DNA of 64,000 nucleotides from Macrostomum lignano. Taxonomy: Eukaryota. The DNA lies in NCBI GenBank assembly GCA_002269645.1, contig NIVC01002351.1, positions 1 through 64,000 of the forward strand, written 5' to 3'. The notes beneath the pieces are model-generated. The model was given only the letters and a program-made list of their open reading frames with translations, searched no databases and had not been told where the DNA came from. This document shows positions 58,760-64,000 of the stretch, in pieces; the stretch's first letter is position 1, and each line of letters begins with the position of its first letter. The position numbers and the translations under genes were made by a program.

Positions 58760-59350
58760 AGATCTAGAGCTCCATGATTAAGAGGAGAATAGTGCCATTT
58801 ATCCAATCCAGATTGTAAATCTAGAGCTCCATGGCTAAGAGGATAATAGTGCCATATACCCAATCCAGATTGCAGATCTAGTGCTCCATGGCTAAGAGGA
58901 GAATAGTGCCATTTACCCAATCCAGATTGTAGATCTAGAGCTCCATGGCTAAGAGGAGAATAGTGCCATATGCCCAATCCAGATTGTAGATCTAGTGCTC
59001 CATGGCTAAGAGGATAAAAGTGCCATTTACCCAATCCAGATTGTAAATCTAGAGCTCCATGGCTAAGAGGAGAATAGTGCCATATGCCCAATCCAGATTG
59101 TAAATCTAGAGCTCCATGGCTAAGAGGATAAAAGTGCCATTTACCCAATCCAGATTGTAGATCTAGAGCTCCATGGCTAAGAGGAGAATAGTGCCATATG
59201 CCCAATCCAGATTGTAAATCTAGAGCTCCATGGCTAAGAGGAGAATAGTGCCATTTACCCAATCCAGATTGTAGATTTAGAGCTTCATGGCTAAGAGGAG
59301 AACAATGCCCTTTACTCAATCCAATTTTTAGATCTACAGCTCCATGGCTG
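58760..59350. repeat. 57-bp tandem repeat, ~10 units (minus frame open: WHYSPLSHGALDLQSGLGK)
   Basis: ATCCAGATTG recurs at 58806, 58863 and onward. Confidence 0.94.
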
Positions 59351-60072
59351 AGTGAACTAGGACCGCTCTTCCTCGTTTCCCTATCCAAATTCTACCTTTA
59401 AAACTCCGTAGCGCCCGGAGACAGTCTCATAATAACGATAACAACCTCGCAGTCTCCTCTCCATCTGTCGAATCAATCCTTTTTACGAAGCATTGAGACA
59501 GACATTTGCCAGTTGCCATCTGGCACAGTTCCTTCCACAGAAGATGGGAGCTTTGAAGAAATCGTGTTTGAGATTAACAGACAGCACGTATCTAACGGAG
59601 TAGCCAAGCGAGCCAGGGCCGACATCAAAGTGTTCCAAATCTAGAGATCTGGTGTACTAATCCAGCCAAATTCACCTATACGAATCTCTCTCGAATTTGC
59701 AACTCAATTTGGCGCGATTGGCTTAGAGAAGTACAACAAGTTTGACATTGTTGATGTTTGGTTTTGACCAAGACTAGCTACTGTTGGCGCAAGCTTGGGA
59801 TGTTTTGGCTGAGGATCGGAGCAAAGTGCCTTTGCCGCTTGTTGATGCGGTTAATTCAATGATAAGCACTTCTTAGTTATCTAGATCTAGTTTGCATGTC
59901 ATCTCTGCATCTACCAGGATGGACTTTACGAGCTAGAGCGCTTCAAAGGGTACTGCAGACCTGCAACTAACCTGTAATGTTGGTCAATTTATTATGTTAA
60001 GAATGTACTCTTGATCACAGCTCCTAGTTGACTGTCAAGAAGGAAAATTTGCGCCTTACTATGGCAAAAAGC

Positions 60073-61585
60073 ATAAGAATGAGAATGAGAGTGAGAATGA
60101 GAATGAGAATGAGAATGAGAATGAGAATGAGAATGAGAATGAGAGTGAGAATGAGAATGATATTGAGAACGAGAGTGAGAATGAGAATGAGAATGAGAAT
60201 GAGAATGAGAATGAGAATGAGAATGAGAATGAGAATGAGAATGAGAATGAGAGTGACAATGAGAATGAGAAGGAGAATGAGAGTGACAATGAGAATGAGA
60301 ATGAGAATGAGAATGAGAATGAGAGTGAGAATGAGAATGAGAATGAGAATGAGAATGAGAGTGAGAATTAGAATGACAGGAAAAGAGAATGAGAATGAGA
60401 ATGAGAATGAGAGTGAGAGTGACAATGAGAATGAAAATGAGAGTGAGAATGAGAATGAGAATGAGAATGAGAATGAGAGTGAGAATGAGAGTGAGAATGA
60501 GAGTGTGAATGAGATTGAGAGTGAGAATGAGAATGAGAGTGAGAATGAGAGTGAGAATGAGAATGAGATTGAGAATGAGAATGAGATTGAGAGTGAGAAT
60601 GAGAATGAGAGTGAGAATGAGATAGAGAATGAGAATGAGATTGAGAATGAGAATGAGAATGAGAGTGAGAATGAGAGTGAGAATGAGAGTGAGAATGAAA
60701 ATGAAAATGAGAGTGAGAATGAAAATGAGAGTGAGAATGAGAATGAGAATGAGAATGAGAATGAGAATGAGAATGAGAGTGAGAATAACAGTGAAAATGA
60801 GAATGAGAATGAAAATGAGAATGAAAATGAGAATGAAAATGAGAGTGAGAATGAGAATGAGAATGAGAATGAGAGTGAAAATGAGAATGAGAATGAAAGT
60901 GAGAATGAGAATGAGATTGAGAATGAGAATGAGAATGAGAATGAGAATGAGAATGAGAATGAGAATGAGAATGAGAATGAGAATGAGAATGAGAGTGAGA
61001 ATGAGAATGATATTGAGAACGAGAGTGAGAATGAGAATGAGAATGAGAATGAGAATGAGAATGAGAATGAGAATGAGAATGAGAATGAGAATGAGAATGA
61101 GAATGAGAGTGACAATGAGAATGAGAAGGAGAATGAGAGTGACAATGAGAATGAGAATGAGAATGAGAATGAGAATGAGAGTGAGAATGAGAATGAGAAT
61201 GAGAATGAGAATGAGAGTGAGAATTAGAATGACAGGAAAAGAGAATGAGAATGAGAATGAGAATGAGAGTGAGAGTGACAATGAGAATGAAAATGAGAGT
61301 GAGAATGAGAATGAGAATGAGAATGAGAATGAGAATGAGAATGAGAGTGAGAATGAGAGTGTGAATGAGATTGAGAGTGAGAATGAGAATGAGAGTGAGA
61401 ATGAGAGTGAGAATGAGAATGAGATTGAGAATGAGAATGAGATTGAGAGTGAGAATGAGAATGAGAGTGAGAATGAGATAGAGAATGAGAATGAGATTGA
61501 GAATGAGAATGAGAATGAGAGTGAGAATGAGAGTGTGAATGAGAATCAAAGTGAGAATGAGGATGAGAATGAGAATGAGAATGGG
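60073..61585. repeat. (GAGAAT)n hexamer array, inverted relative to 55165-55817, with an internal ~0.85-kb duplication
   Basis: Read directly. Confidence 0.96.
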
Positions 61586-62039
61586 GATAATAATGAGATC
61601 TAGCAAAAAATGATTATGGCTATAATTTGGGAGCAGTAAAGCATATTGCTGCATAAAACATCACAGGTAAAAGTCCATTTGTAGCTAAGCCAGTGAACTT
61701 CATTACAAAGAACACATCGCATTCAGAAGACCATCTTTGTGCTGTGGCAACACCTACGCAAATTTTCGCGGCTCAAGCTACCGGCCCTTCCTTGGTTTCA
61801 ATAAAAGTGTTCTCATGTAACAGTCTTTGAAAATACTAAGGCAAAATGGCTTTCCTATTTCCTTATTTTCCTTTCTACACTTGGAGATTAGATGAATTGT
61901 CAAGAGTAATCTTGTTAAATCTCGCCTTTCAAAGCGGAAAGTTCAACTGCTATCATTGACTGAACTTTCTTCTATACCCTACTGAATCTAAATGCGAACT
62001 TGATCAATAAGTAGAACCGGCTTAGAGATCTAACAAAGG

Positions 62040-63347
62040 TATCTAGATCTCTCAGAGGTAACTAGATCTCTCAGAGGTAACTAGATCTCTCAGAGGTAAC
62101 TAGATCTCTCAGAGGTAACTAGATCTCTCAGAGGTAACTAGATCTCTCAGAGGTAACTAGATCTCTCAGAGGTAACTAGATCTATCAGAGGTATCTTGAT
62201 CTCTCAGAGGTATCTTGATCTCTCAGAGGTATCTAGATCTATCAGAGGTAACTAGATCTATCAGAGGTAACTAGATCTATCAGAGGTATCTAGATCTATC
62301 AGAGGTAACTAGATCTATCAGAGGTAACTAGATCTATCAGAGGTAACTAGATCTCTCAGAGGTAACTAGATCTCTCAGAGGTAACTAGATCTCTCAGAGG
62401 TAACTAGATCTCTCAGAGGTAACTAGATCTCTCAGAGGTAACTAGATCTCTCAGAGGTAACTAGATCTATCAGAGGTATCTAGATCTATCAGAGGTAACT
62501 AGATCTCTCAGAGGTAACTAGATCTCTCAGAGGTAACTAGATCTCTCAGAGGTAACTAGATCTCTCAGAGGTAACTAGATCTCTCAGAGGTAACTAGATC
62601 TATCAGAGGTATCTAGATCTATCAGAGGTAACTAGATCTCTCAGAGGTAACTAGATCTCTCAGAGGTAACTACGAGCTAGATCTCTCAGAGGTAACTAGA
62701 TCTCTCAGAGGTAACTAGATCTCTCAGAGGTATCTTGATCTCTCAAAGGTAACTAGATCTCTCAGAGGTATCTAGATCTCTAAGAGGTGTCTCGATCTCT
62801 CAGAGGTATCTTGATCTCTCAGAGGTAACTAGATCTCTCAGAGATCTCGATTCTCAGAGGTATCTAGATCTATCAGAGGTATCTAGATTTATAAGAGGTA
62901 ACTAGATCTATCAGAGGTAACTAGATCTCTCAAAGGTAACTAGATCTATCAGAGGTATCTAGATCTCTCAGAGGTGTCTCGATCTCTCAGAGGTAACTAG
63001 ATCTAACAAAGGTATCTTGATCTCTCAGAGGTAACTAGATCTCTCAGAGGTATCTAGATCTCTCAGAGGTAACTAGATCTCTCGGAGGTATCTCGATCTC
63101 TCAGAGGTATCTAGATCTATCAGAGGTAACTAGATCTATCAGAGGTAACTAGATCTATCAGAGGTAACTAGATCTCTCAGAGGTAACTAGATCTATCAGA
63201 GGTATCTAAATCTTTCAGAGGTATCTAGATCTCTCAGAAGTAACTAGATCTATCAGAGGTATCTCGATCTATCAGAGGAATCTAGATCTCCCAAAGGTAT
63301 CTAGATCTCCCAGAGGTATCTAGATCTATCAGAGGTATCTAGATCTG
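62040..63347. repeat. 19-bp quasi-palindromic satellite (CTAGATCTCTCAGAGGTAA)
   Basis: CTAGATCT recurs at 62043, 62062, 62081 and onward. Confidence 0.96.
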
Positions 63348-63894
63348 TAGCATAAGGTGTATAACCGATATCTGAGTTGCCTCAGGATTTTCCAGCGAAG
63401 TTACCGAGTCACAAGAGGTCACAGGGGCATATGCACGCACAAGTATAGCAGGTCATGCTCGAAAATGCCCTTAACCCCTGAAAGCGTTTATCTATCACGC
63501 AAGCAATCCGAATAGAGGGTCAGCGCTACTCGCTACAATTAATTAACGACGCACTGGCCAAAAACTGAGCAGGTGTTCCGGGAGCAGCTTAGCGGCAGGG
63601 GGAATGCAATATAGATTCCTCTCTCCACGGGATCGGGGATGGAGAGATCACTTCCTTTTCATTTTTCTCTATTGCTTTTACTTTCTTGCATTGCAAAAAT
63701 TGCTTTTCATAGTCTTTTGGCACGATATCTGGTGGGGCTACTAAATCCAGTGCGTGACCACAAATCTGAGGCGGTTACGTAATAAGCTTTTGAATTTTGC
63801 ACAATGAGGCTTGCGCGGCTCAAGTGATTGTTGCGTCCTCTGCTCCTTGTGGCAACTTTTCTGATGCTGGTGACTTCCCTCATAGCCGGTGAAT

Positions 63895-64000
63895 GCTCAT
63901 TCTCATTCTCATTCTCATTCTCCTTCTCCTTCTCACTCTCATTCTCATTCTCACTCTCATTCTCATTCTCATTCTCCTTCTCACTCTCACTCTCATTCTC
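63895..64000. repeat. (CTCATT)n array running off the window end
   Basis: Read directly. Confidence 0.9.

Noticed and set aside
59992-61654. Poly-IL, poly-SF, poly-HS, poly-MR and poly-EN ORFs (also 55106-58194)
   Set aside because: Hexamer and octamer repeat translations.

Overview
This is eukaryotic animal genomic DNA, not prokaryotic. It has GT-AG spliceosomal introns (some only 54-91 bp) and about 25 kb (roughly 40%, summed by hand) of tandem repeats from more than 25 unrelated units. The style is consistent with a free-living flatworm such as Macrostomum lignano, but that is inference only. I reconstructed splice-phase-consistent gene models by hand. (1) A 12-exon ionotropic glutamate-receptor-family gene (minus, 10278-4447, about 854 aa) with an ATD but a divergent M3 gate. 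(2) A 6-exon Pax3/7-like paired-domain plus S50-homeodomain gene (minus, 23379-12792, about 501 aa) with a divergent linker/RED subdomain and no visible octapeptide. (3) A TEX11/ZIP4/SPO22-like gene (minus, about 38362-30122) whose TPR homology stops after about 420 aa and runs into a single 3.8-kb exon encoding a roughly 1240-aa disordered tail with 15 Tyr-containing 22-aa repeats; this is the most unusual item. (4) An unidentified minus-strand gene fragment (39595-38494) whose 57-bp coding repeat carries a GTAAGT splice donor in every unit. (5) A plus-strand orphan protein with a C-terminal transmembrane helix (42210-44315), split by one in-frame TAA. (6) A Dpr/ZIG-8-like two-Ig GPI-anchored protein (minus, 53144-46895, 5' end not found). 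Also present are a tRNA-headed CORE-SINE and an inverted pair of (CTCATT)n arrays sharing a diagnostic variant pattern. I found no rRNA, intact tRNA or CRISPR. Most long ORFs in the supplied track are repeat artefacts. All homology calls come from motif recognition, not database searches.
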